Source: Candidatus Nanohaloarchaea archaeon (GTDB taxonomy: Archaea; Nanohalarchaeota; Nanosalinia; Nanosalinales; Nanosalinaceae). Taken from it: DNA of 60,379 nt. The stretch is taken from positions 1-60,379 of the forward strand of contig JBDGSJ010000004.1 of assembly GCA_042217585.1 (NCBI GenBank). Reading direction: 5' to 3'. The position numbers and the translations under genes are program-made. The notes under the pieces are model-generated. The model made no database searches. It was not told the origin of the DNA and saw only the letters and a program-made list of their open reading frames with translations. Below are positions 17,031 to 25,178 of this stretch, piece by piece (the stretch's first letter is position 1; each line of letters begins with the position of its first letter).

Positions 17031-17282
17031 ATGCCAGAACCTGAAGAACTCATAGAGCTCTACCAGTTCGAGAGCTGTCCCTACTGCTCGAAGGTCAGGA
17101 AAAAGCTCACGCAGATGCAGATCGACTTCATCGCGAGACAGGTGGAGCCGAACGGCAGAAGAGAGGAAGTGAAGGAGTTGACCGGTGAGACACAGGTGCC
17201 CGCGTTGAAGGACCCGAACACCGGGAAAGTGATGAACGAGAGCGACGATATAATCGAGTACCTGGAGGAACAGTACGGCTGA
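17031..17282 (+). CDS. glutaredoxin / GST N-terminal domain protein
   Basis: LYQFESCPYCSKVR, QVPAL.D, ESDDIIEYL. Confidence 0.92.
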   Translation: MPEPEELIELYQFESCPYCSKVRKKLTQMQIDFIARQVEPNGRREEVKELTGETQVPALKDPNTGKVMNESDDIIEYLEEQYG

Positions 17283-18581
17283 CTACTCCGGTCTGCGGAA
17301 GACGAACCCGGTCACCGTCTGGTTGTTGAACTTGCAGTTTAACTTGTCGTCAGCTCCCAGTTCGCCGTAGGAGAAGAAGCCGACGAACGGCGCGTTGAAC
17401 GCCCTGCTGAGCCTTCTCTGGTCCTCAACCAGGTTATCCTCGTTGTCGTTCATTATCCTGTACCTCCGGGAGCACTCCGCCACGAAACCGAAAAGGTTCC
17501 TCTCCGAACTCATACCGTCGAAGGCCCGGTCCGCCGCACTCAGGACGTCCTCCATGTCAGCGTCCAGCACGTTGAGCTGAGTTCCCTCGTAGAGGGGAGG
17601 TCTCGCGAAGACCAGGCCGTGGTCGTCAGTGACGCTCATCGGCACCCTCACCCTCATGTTGCCAGCCTCCAGAACATCCGCCAGAGGACTCATCCTCGAG
17701 ATGTTCGCGGACTCATGGACCATCTCCGGGTCCTCGCCCTTTAGCCTGTACCATGCGTAGGCGAGGAAGACCCTCACGTCCTTCGACAGCGACCCCATGG
17801 TCGCCGGAGAGGTCAGGTCCGACACGTCCACACCGATAGTATCCGCGTACCACTCCGCAGCAGGTTCCCCGTCGATCTCCGCGACCGTCCGGCGGTCCGC
17901 CATCTCGGTGATCACCCCGGTCCTCTGGACGTCCCTGTATCCGTTGTCCAGTCCGACGTGTAACTCGAGGTCGGTCTCGATCCTCGCCATCACGATCGAG
18001 TCCTCGTGGACCTCGCCGTTCAGGAATGTCCTGACATCGCCGGTCATCCTGTACTCGTCGGCTCCCGCCGCCCCGAAGACGGGTACGTTAGAGCCGACCA
18101 CGTCACGTATACCTCTCAGCAGGTAGTGCTCGGGTGCGTCCATGTTCTTCAGGTTGAACCCGCAGGTGTACGCCAGAAGCATCTTCTCCCTGTCCGAGGA
18201 GAGGAACTCCTCATCGACCAGTTCCTCCGCAGCGCTCCGGCCCGCGTTCTCCGGGTGCTCGAACATACTGTCGCCGCGGGAGGTCCTGAGATCGATCTCA
18301 TCCGTCTCCACCAGGAGTATGACGGCGTTTCCCTGGCCGTAGGCCGTGCTGGATATCTCCCCGGCGGTCGTGCTTCCCAGCCACTCGCAGTCGGGGATCT
18401 CGTCCTCCACGGCGGAGGCAAGGCCCTCAAGCTCGAACTGGACCGAGCAGAACATCAGGCCGAAGTCCGGGTCCTCTACCTCGCCGTTCTCCATCGCTCT
18501 CTCCACGAGCTCCTCGCCGGCGCTCTCTCCCTGGAACTCGTCCACCGAGACCGATGCCTGCGACACCCGGGTATATGACAT
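17283..18581 (-). CDS. stand-alone FIST-N/FIST-C sensor domain protein
   Basis: GSTTAGEI, PVFGAAGAD, IDGEPAAEWY, ECSRR, GFFSYGEL, FNNQT motifs. Confidence 0.9.
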   Translation of the reverse strand: MSYTRVSQASVSVDEFQGESAGEELVERAMENGEVEDPDFGLMFCSVQFELEGLASAVEDEIPDCEWLGSTTAGEISSTAYGQGNAVILLVETDEIDLRTSRGDSMFEHPENAGRSAAEELVDEEFLSSDREKMLLAYTCGFNLKNMDAPEHYLLRGIRDVVGSNVPVFGAAGADEYRMTGDVRTFLNGEVHEDSIVMARIETDLELHVGLDNGYRDVQRTGVITEMADRRTVAEIDGEPAAEWYADTIGVDVSDLTSPATMGSLSKDVRVFLAYAWYRLKGEDPEMVHESANISRMSPLADVLEAGNMRVRVPMSVTDDHGLVFARPPLYEGTQLNVLDADMEDVLSAADRAFDGMSSERNLFGFVAECSRRYRIMNDNEDNLVEDQRRLSRAFNAPFVGFFSYGELGADDKLNCKFNNQTVTGFVFRRPE

Positions 18582-18680
18582 ACTATTTGATATTTCGTAT
18601 TACGGCTTTTAAATCAGAAGGATTCCATATTCTCGGGAGCGCGCGGACCTGGAGCAAGATTTTTTCACTGCGAAATACCA

Positions 18681-19399
18681 TTGTTCGACGTGACATACGA
18701 CGACGAGGACCGGAACCACGACTCCGTGTACAGCGGGGGACACAGGATAACCAGAAGGGAGGCCCGGGCGTACGCATCGCTGCTAAATGAGGAGATAGGG
18801 GAGCTGAGAGAAGAACTCTCGGGCGAGTACGACAGGATACAGGAAGAACTCGAGGACTACCGGGACCGGCGGATGAACTGCTGGACCAGGCGAGACAGGA
18901 GCTGGGGGAAGGTAAGGACCTTGACTCCGTGATAACCGAATACGCGCCGAGGCTGGAGAGGCTCAGGCACGAGGCCGAGGAATCGATGAAGATCGACGGC
19001 AAGAACGCCGTGGACCGGGTCCAGTCAAAGCTCTACCAGCACCAGCGCTGGCAGGGAATAATAGAGAGCAACGACCGCGGGTCCGTTGACGCGCAGGAGT
19101 ACAGCATGAGGACCAACACGGTCAGGGAAAAGTTCAGGAGGATGGGGACCGAGCTGGACCGGATGAAGGCGAAGTACCTGGGCCAGCAGGAGTTCGTCGA
19201 CTACCTCGAGGGACTGAGGAACAGCCTTCCGAGAAAGCTGGACGGAGGCAGGGACAGGAACGTGGAGTGGACCGAAGAACAGCTCCGGGAGGAGTTCGGA
19301 GAGGACGCGGAAGAAGCCGTGGAACTGCTCGAGGGAGAGGACGACGTCAACGATGAGACCTTCGACCCCGGACCGTCGCCGATGTCAGCCGGCAGCTGA
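18681..19399 (+). pseudogene. coiled-coil hypothetical protein split by a 1-nt frameshift near 18868
   Basis: Acidic helical text ...EELEDYRDR continues in another frame as ADELLDQARQELGEGKDLDSVITEYAPRL, which joins ORF 18929-19399. Confidence 0.7.
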
Positions 19400-19433
19400 A
19401 CACTGAAATACTCCACGGTCCAAAAACTTTTCC

Positions 19434-20294
19434 ATGGGACCCGGAGTGCTGCTGGCGCTCGTGGCCGCTCTTTTCTCCTCGCTGAAAGGGATAGCCAGGA
19501 AACACGTCGCCAGGGACTTCACCTCGGTGGAGATAGGGTACATCGGACAGGTCTACGGCTCGGTCCTTCTCTTCCCGTTCGCCGCCTGGAGGTTCACGCG
19601 GACCGGGATAGACCTGACAGCAGGAGTCATCGGCGCCGTACTGGTTTCGACCGCGATAATAGTGGCCAGTACCTACCTCTACATCGAGGCGCTCAGGATA
19701 ACCGACGTCTCCGTCACCGAGCCGATCAGGAACACCTCGCCGATATTCGTCGCACTGATAGAGCCGCTGATCCTCGGGATAGGGTTCAGGACCACTCTTC
19801 TGGGAGCAGCGGTCCTCGGCTCCGCAGGCGCGTACGTCCTCGTGGCGAAGGACTCGCTGAGGACCCCTCTGGAAAACCTGGAGAACCGGGGGGCGCTCCT
19901 CTCCGTACTCGTCGCGTTCATACTCGCGGTCTACTCCGTCGCACAGAGGTTCGGCGCCACCAACGCGGACCCCCTCCTCTTCATCTACATCACCTACGTC
20001 ACCAGCCTGATCGGCTTCTGGATCTGGAAAAGGAGAGAGGACGAGGACAACATCAGGGTCCGGACATACCTGAGAAAAGACGTGTTCGTGCTCGGCACGG
20101 TCACTGCCCTCGGCGTCGTCGCGGGCATCCTCGCCTACTCAGAGATAACCGCCTCACAGGTGACCGTGGTCAAACAGACATCAGCCATCTTCTCCGTCGT
20201 CCTCGGCGGAAAATACTTCCAGGAAGAGGACCTCGCAAGGAAACTGGCAGGAGCACTCGTGATACTCGCAGGCGTGGTCCTGACCGTTATCTGA
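19434..20294 (+). CDS. EamA/DMT family transporter
   Basis: About 10 TM helices in two repeats; TSPIFVAL; SAIFSVVLG..YF.E....KLAGA. Confidence 0.92.
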   Translation: MGPGVLLALVAALFSSLKGIARKHVARDFTSVEIGYIGQVYGSVLLFPFAAWRFTRTGIDLTAGVIGAVLVSTAIIVASTYLYIEALRITDVSVTEPIRNTSPIFVALIEPLILGIGFRTTLLGAAVLGSAGAYVLVAKDSLRTPLENLENRGALLSVLVAFILAVYSVAQRFGATNADPLLFIYITYVTSLIGFWIWKRREDEDNIRVRTYLRKDVFVLGTVTALGVVAGILAYSEITASQVTVVKQTSAIFSVVLGGKYFQEEDLARKLAGALVILAGVVLTVI

Positions 20295-20307
20295 AAGAAA
20301 AGCTGGA

Positions 20308-20439
20308 TGGACCGGCCCAGATTTGAACTGGGGATCTCCACGTATCTGACTTTCCGACGGAAAGTCGGTTCAAAGCATCCTCCCTGGTGGAGGATGTGGT
20401 TATCAGCGTGGCGCTCTAACCTGGCTAAGCTACCGGTCC
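20308..20439 (-). tRNA. tRNA-Ile(GAT) with a 57-nt intron at 37/38 (intron 20344-20400)
   Basis: Acceptor GGACCGG/CCGGTCC, anticodon stem CCACG/CGTGG with CT-GAT-A, T-arm CCCAG TTCAAAT CTGGG; CTGA/TCAG central helix of a BHB-like motif. Confidence 0.93.
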
Positions 20440-20526
20440 GCCGTGTAAGGTATTAGTTGGGTGTAAGTATTTTTAATCCATCGTCCGTTGCGGGAATGGA
20501 CCTCCGTTGCGGACCTTTCTTTACGG

Positions 20527-20613
20527 TCATTCTTTCCCCGACCGGTAGAACAGGTAGAACCCGTATCCTATGAAGATGTAGGACAGCAGACCCCCTGCGA
20601 GGAATCCCCCCAT
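20527..20613 (-). CDS. possible 28-aa single-TM microprotein or gene remnant
   Basis: MGGFLAGGLLSYIFIGYGFYLFYRSGKE, below the ORF-track length cutoff. Confidence 0.35.
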   Translation of the reverse strand: MGGFLAGGLLSYIFIGYGFYLFYRSGKE

Positions 20614-20685
20614 TCCTGTCTTTCAATAACCATCCGCGTCCTCAGTAGCCTTTGCTGAAAATTATTTTAGAAATTTACCGCCGAT

Positions 20686-21255
20686 CTACTCCATCGAGGG
20701 CGGAACGTAAACCATCCCGAATATATTTCCTATCCTGTCGATGAACGATTCTTTTTCGTCCTCTTCTCCGGTCGGTCTTATCCTCGGGGGCAGAAGTTCG
20801 TCCTTCCCATCTACAACATCCTGCAGGGCCTGACGTATCCGGAAGTCTGCGTTGCCTCTACCCATGTACTCCTCGTACTGCCTGGCAAGTGTCATCAGGG
20901 CCTTCCTGCCGTGCCCGTAGTATGCTTCTATCTCTCCTTCTGGGGATATCCTCAGTGGAGCGCCTCTTGCCTGGCTCAAAGCCACTTTCTCACCGAAGAA
21001 GGACTCCATCTCGTCCACTATCCTGTTTATCGCCTCCAGGTAGAACTCCTGGTTTTCCGTGTAATCCCGGAGTATCTCGACGGCGTCCTCTCCTCTTCCG
21101 TAGAAGCCTGTGACCTCTCCGCTGTCGCTAACCTCGACAGGTGTCTTGCGGACCCATTTCATCGCTGTCTCCTCCCCCAGGAACTGTTTCTGGTCCTCGA
21201 CGATCCTCTTTATCGTGTCCAGATAATACTCCTGGCGGGAGTCCTCCTCATCCAT
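20686..21255 (-). CDS. hypothetical protein with two tandem ~60-aa repeats
   Basis: QEYYLDTIKRIV....FLGE..A....R..P..VS..GEV..FYG.G..A repeats as QEFYLEAINRIV....FFGE..A....R..P..IS..GEI..YYG.G..A. Confidence 0.8.
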   Translation of the reverse strand: MDEEDSRQEYYLDTIKRIVEDQKQFLGEETAMKWVRKTPVEVSDSGEVTGFYGRGEDAVEILRDYTENQEFYLEAINRIVDEMESFFGEKVALSQARGAPLRISPEGEIEAYYGHGRKALMTLARQYEEYMGRGNADFRIRQALQDVVDGKDELLPPRIRPTGEEDEKESFIDRIGNIFGMVYVPPSME

Positions 21256-21321
21256 ATTCAGGAATTCTCACTGCCGGTTAATAATTTTTTCAAACTTCCT
21301 CTCCGTTTCTTTCCTCCCGGT

Positions 21322-21519
21322 TCAACTTGCGCCGGCGTCACATCTCCCGGTCCCGTAGCCCAGGACCAGCGCTCCCAGCACGGTCAGGACCTGGTACCAG
21401 GTAAGGAAGTCCGGCTGTGTCGTGATCTGGACCATGAAACCTGCGAGGAAGATCAAAAGTCCGCCGGCCATGAACGGCCACGGAGGGTACTCCAGGAGTT
21501 TCTCCTGTATCCTGTTCAT
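21322..21519 (-). CDS. small 2-TM membrane protein
   Basis: MNRIQEKLLEYPPWPFMAGGLLIFLAGF...; two hydrophobic helices. Confidence 0.6.
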   Translation of the reverse strand: MNRIQEKLLEYPPWPFMAGGLLIFLAGFMVQITTQPDFLTWYQVLTVLGALVLGYGTGRCDAGAS

Positions 21520-21557
21520 GGTTAAAGTCGGGGCTCCGGTCGAATAAAAATGTGTGA

Positions 21558-21803
21558 GTGGTCTCCGCGAGCTCAACGGATTTAACTCTTGAGGACCTTA
21601 ACGGGTCCATGAGAGAGTTTGACGAGGACCCGGATTACCGGGCCATGCCCGCGGACGAACTGGAGGAAAGGGCCAGAGAGTTCGAGAGGAAGGCCGGAGA
21701 GTTCCCGGACCTCGAGGACCTGGGTCCCGACCTGATCGATGTGGACGACGGCTACCTTGAGAACTCGATCGATTCAGCAGTTGATGGGCCCGACGGGATT
21801 TGA
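21558..21803 (+). CDS. small acidic hypothetical protein whose 3' end lies in the duplicated tRNA-Lys fragment
   Basis: Strongly acidic 81-aa ORF; its last codons (GPDGI*) come from the tRNA-derived repeat. Confidence 0.55.
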   Translation: MVSASSTDLTLEDLNGSMREFDEDPDYRAMPADELEERAREFERKAGEFPDLEDLGPDLIDVDDGYLENSIDSAVDGPDGI

Positions 21804-21937
21804 ACCCGTCGAAAATCACAGATTCGAAGATTCTTAATGAATCTTCTCCAAGAAAATCCTTCGCAGGATTTTCGTTTTCTGGAGGCTATCAAATCCCCAT
21901 TTCTATCCAGCTTTGGGCCCGACGGGATTTGAACCCG
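21785..21937. repeat. 24-bp direct repeat of the tRNA-Lys 3' end (21785-21808 = 21914-21937), att-like, flanking a ~105-bp hairpin-rich segment
   Basis: TGGGCCCGACGGGATTTGAACCCG occurs twice exactly. Confidence 0.9.
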
Positions 21938-22013
21938 CGACTACCGGCTTTCTTTCCATTAGTAACTCTTGGGGTTAAAAGGCCGGTGCTCTGCCAGACT
22001 GAGCTACAGGCCC
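21914..22013 (-). tRNA. tRNA-Lys(TTT) with a 26-nt intron at 37/38 (intron 21950-21975)
   Basis: Acceptor GGGCCTG/CGGGCCC, anticodon stem CCGGC/GCCGG with CT-TTT-A, T-arm GCGGG TTCAAAT CCCGT; clean BHB (CTTT/AAAG helix with two 3-nt bulges). Confidence 0.95.
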
Positions 22014-22021
22014 AGAAGAAG

Positions 22022-22183
22022 TTATTCTTTCCTGGGCTTGTCGGTGTCGAAGTCGTTCCTCTTCGACGTCTTGCCGAAGCCGCAGGATGCACATACCTTT
22101 TTCTGGAGATGGTAGGACTTCTTTCCGCATCTCCTGCACTTGCCGTGCGTTTTCTTGTTTCTCTTGCCTTTGTTGAGCCCCAT
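22022..22183 (-). CDS. rpl37e: 50S ribosomal protein L37e
   Basis: Manual translation [42 protein letters not shown]...; absent from the ORF track (<60 aa); conserved linkage to Sm. Confidence 0.95.
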   Translation of the reverse strand: MGLNKGKRNKKTHGKCRRCGKKSYHLQKKVCASCGFGKTSKRNDFDTDKPRKE

Positions 22184-22189
22184 GAACTA

Positions 22190-22426
22190 TCACTCCGGAC
22201 TTACGAAAAGTACGTTGTCTCCTCTTACGAAGAGTTTTCCGTAATCAGTGTGTACATCGTCTCCCTTGACTGACGCGTTCTCTATCCAGATGTTGAGGTG
22301 CTTGTCGAAGGCCTGGAGTTCCCCTGAAACTATCCTCTCCTCTCCTCCATACGCTTTCAGCTTTACCATTACGTTTCCTCCTTTCGCTCCATCCAGTACA
22401 TCAAACGGTCTTCTGTTCTCTGCCAT
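22190..22426 (-). CDS. Sm/Lsm-like archaeal protein (SmAP)
   Basis: RPFDVL...V.VKLK...GELQAFDKHLN...GKLFVRGDNVLFVSP. Confidence 0.95.
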   Translation of the reverse strand: MAENRRPFDVLDGAKGGNVMVKLKAYGGEERIVSGELQAFDKHLNIWIENASVKGDDVHTDYGKLFVRGDNVLFVSPE

Positions 22427-22537
22427 GATAAGGCACCTGTAAACCAGAAATACCTTGACAACTTATATAAACCTACTGCGGTCCCAGGCGCCGGGGGACA
22501 GCATTTCTATAAAAAGATTGTTTCCGGAGTTCTGGTT

Positions 22538-22912
22538 ATGGCAGTCTGGCACTCTAGATCTGATACCAAGAAAACCGGCGGGAAAACCCGGAGCTACAGG
22601 AAATCCAGGAAGTACGATCTGGGAAGCGAGTTCTCCGAGCCAGAGGTCGGAGAGAAAAGGATAAAGGAGAAGGAATCCCGCGGAAATACCGAGAAGACGG
22701 TCGTGAAGAGGACCAGAGAGGTCAACCTGTCAGTCGACGGCGAAGTGAAGAGGACGGAGATCGAGTCCGTTCTTGAGAACCCGGCGAACCCGAACTACGT
22801 GAGAAGGTCGCTCCTGACCAAGGGAGCGATAGTACAGACCGGAGAGGGGAAGGCAAAGATAACCTCCCGGCCGGGACAGGACGGCGTCGTCAACGCGAAG
22901 CTTGTCGAGTAG
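22538..22912 (+). CDS. rps8e: 30S ribosomal protein S8e
   Basis: RS..K.TGG...RK..LG; NPANPNYVRR.LLTKGAIV.T..G.A.ITSRPGQDGVVNA. Confidence 0.97.
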   Translation: MAVWHSRSDTKKTGGKTRSYRKSRKYDLGSEFSEPEVGEKRIKEKESRGNTEKTVVKRTREVNLSVDGEVKRTEIESVLENPANPNYVRRSLLTKGAIVQTGEGKAKITSRPGQDGVVNAKLVE

Positions 22913-22954
22913 GGATCCGGAAGAGATTTAACCGGGTCCGCAGAATCTTTCTTC

Positions 22955-23374
22955 ATGATCAGGGAGAACAGCGAACGGGATGCCCTTTACAGCTTCTACA
23001 GTGGAGAACTGGAGGACCTCGCCGGGGAAGTGACTGAGCTATGTACGGGCGATTTCGACGGATGCGAGTTCTTCGAGGTCTCGATCGAGAGGTCCCGGGA
23101 CGGCGGCACGTGGAAGGTGCATGAGTTTCCCTCCTTCGAGGAGCGGACCGCGAGAGCGATAAGGAACCATCTGAAGGCCGGCGACGTCGTGAGACTGGAT
23201 TTCGAGGCCGATGAAAGGATGGAGTTCATAATCTGCAGGACTGAAGACACGGAAGCGGTGTCCAGGTTCATCGGGAGAGAGGAGCTCGAGGACCACAGCG
23301 GCGAGCTCGTGGTGGTGGGTACGGGCGGACCTGAACGGGTGAGAAGAGATTTCCTCGAGAGGCTTGGAAAATAA
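22955..23374 (+). CDS. hypothetical protein
   Basis: 139-aa ORF with typical composition; family not recognised. Confidence 0.65.
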   Translation: MIRENSERDALYSFYSGELEDLAGEVTELCTGDFDGCEFFEVSIERSRDGGTWKVHEFPSFEERTARAIRNHLKAGDVVRLDFEADERMEFIICRTEDTEAVSRFIGREELEDHSGELVVVGTGGPERVRRDFLERLGK

Positions 23375-23395
23375 AGAGAGGTAGGATATGTGGTT

Positions 23396-23512
23396 TCAGA
23401 CCCCTACCAGGTTCCTGACGTATGAGATCACTCTCGTCGAGGTCCTTTCTTCCTCGAAGCTGACCGGGATCTGTCTTCCGGTCTCATCGAGGAAGTCAGA
23501 CTCCCCTAACAT
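23396..23512 (-). CDS. putative 38-aa small protein
   Basis: MLGESDFLDETGRQIPVSFEEERTSTRVISYVRNLVGV; TTTTATAA TATA-like box about 25-30 nt upstream (leaderless arrangement). Confidence 0.5.
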   Translation of the reverse strand: MLGESDFLDETGRQIPVSFEEERTSTRVISYVRNLVGV

Positions 23513-23598
23513 CACTTCTAACAGGGACAGAAAAACCTTATAAAACAAATGGTCTTTGAGCGTTTTCCGGCTTTCTGAGGGCTCTGCGAGGACCTGAG

Positions 23599-24684
23599 CT
23601 ATATCCTCTTCAGGTTAAGTCGGACCACGTCCTTGTCAGCGAGTTCGTGGTCCTGCCCTACCTTCTGCTCTGGGAACTGGGCGCTTTCACCGGTCACCTT
23701 CGCGTCCTTGAACCTCTCGACCATGTCGCCCGGCAGAGCCTCCAGAACGTCCGCCACGGTAGCTCCCTCCCGGAGTATAAGTGGGTCGTCCCTGTCAGGC
23801 TCCTCACCTTTCTCCTTCATATAGATCCTTATGAGGTCCATGGATTTGAAGACCTGATCTTTCAGCTCTTCAATCCCCTCGCCTGTCTCCGCGGAGACCA
23901 GAAGGTCGTACTCCTGCTCGAGCTCCTCCCTCCGACCATCCTGCAAGGTATCGGCCTTGTTGACCGCTGTAACCGAAGGAACGTACTTCCTGTTCTCCAT
24001 CAGTCCGTCTATGAACCGGTCCACGTCCATCTCCTCCCGGATTATCACCTCGGCGTTGGTGTAACCGTTCTCCTTCATCAGCTGTCTCACGGTGTCCTCC
24101 TCCATCTCCAGGTCCGCGGTCGCCGATATGTTTATCCCGCCCCGGCCCTTCTTCTCTATCTTCATCCTCGGAGGTTCCGTGTCTATCCTTATCCCGGCGT
24201 CGTAGAGCTCGGAGGTTATCTCGTCGTAACGCATCTCCCCGGGGTCCAGCACTATCAGGACCAGGTCCGCGTTCCGGACGACGGAGAGGACCTGCGTCCC
24301 GTCTCCCCGTCCGTCAGCGGCCCCGCCTATCAGGCCGGGTACGTCGAGTATCTGGATGTTTGCGCCGCGGTGCTTCATCATCCCGGGATGGACCTCGAGC
24401 GTGGTGAACTCGTAGGCTCCTGTGTCGACCTCAGTGTTCGTCAGGGAGTTGAGAAGCGAGGATTTCCCGACGCTCGGGAACCCGACAAGCGCCACGGTAG
24501 CGTCGCCTCTCTTCCGGACCGCGTATCCCGAGGTGTCGCCCGTGCTCTTCTGCTTCTGCTGTTTTTCTTCCTTCAGTTTCGCTATCTGGGACTTCAGCCG
24601 GGCTCTCTCGGTTTCTGTGGCCTTGTTTACCGGCGTCTCCTCGAGCTTCTCCTCGAGTTCTTCTATCCTTTCGTCAAGTCCCAT
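23599..24684 (-). CDS. DRG/Rbg1 family OBG GTPase with TGS domain
   Basis: TPVNKATE, GFPSVGKSSLL, YEFTTL, DVPGLIGGAADGRG, NKAD, SA; C-terminal TGS domain. Confidence 0.96.
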   Translation of the reverse strand: MGLDERIEELEEKLEETPVNKATETERARLKSQIAKLKEEKQQKQKSTGDTSGYAVRKRGDATVALVGFPSVGKSSLLNSLTNTEVDTGAYEFTTLEVHPGMMKHRGANIQILDVPGLIGGAADGRGDGTQVLSVVRNADLVLIVLDPGEMRYDEITSELYDAGIRIDTEPPRMKIEKKGRGGINISATADLEMEEDTVRQLMKENGYTNAEVIIREEMDVDRFIDGLMENRKYVPSVTAVNKADTLQDGRREELEQEYDLLVSAETGEGIEELKDQVFKSMDLIRIYMKEKGEEPDRDDPLILREGATVADVLEALPGDMVERFKDAKVTGESAQFPEQKVGQDHELADKDVVRLNLKRI

Positions 24685-24762
24685 GTGTCCGGTAGTTCAC
24701 TCAACCTTTTTGAGAACGACGGGGTGTTAAGAAAGAAATGTTGGAGATGTTCCAGCTCCTTA

Positions 24763-25062
24763 TCACTCGTCCACTCTCTCGATCTCTCCGTCCCTGCCGA
24801 TGTTGAGCTGGATGTCATCTGCCCACTCTCTGACGTAGGCTCCTTCTATGTGGACCTCGGCTCCTTCCTCTACTTCGTCGATCTCTTCCTCCCAGAGAGT
24901 CAGGTCGATCTCTCCGGTCTCGTCCTCGAAGACCACTGTCGTTATCTTCTTCTGGCCGTACTGTGTTGAGACGGCTCTCGGGGTTGGAAGTTCCTTGATG
25001 GTTCCGGTGATTTCGACATCGTCGGCTTCGGCGTCAAGTTCCTCAACAGTCATTTCAGGCAT
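24763..25062 (-). CDS. single OB-fold ssDNA-binding protein (SSB/RPA)
   Basis: DETGEIDLTLW...EGAYVREW....QLNIGR.G.I. Confidence 0.9.
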   Translation of the reverse strand: MPEMTVEELDAEADDVEITGTIKELPTPRAVSTQYGQKKITTVVFEDETGEIDLTLWEEEIDEVEEGAEVHIEGAYVREWADDIQLNIGRDGEIERVDE

Positions 25063-25178
25063 TCAGACCACTGTTTCACGTTAACTCGGTGACATTTAAA
25101 AGCATTTCCTTGGGTTAAGGGCCGGAAAGACCCGTTTTGAGGCGGCAGACTTATACAGGTCCGAGACAATTCTAACCC

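Noticed and set aside
20483..20512. Short direct repeat TCCGTTGCGG twice upstream of tRNA-Ile
   Set aside because: Only two 10-bp copies with no further pattern, too little to support a call.
21785..21808. Split-tRNA 3' half as in Nanoarchaeum
   Set aside because: The copy covers only the T-arm and acceptor strand, lacks the anticodon 3' strand and a GC-rich pairing leader, and an intact tRNA-Lys is adjacent.
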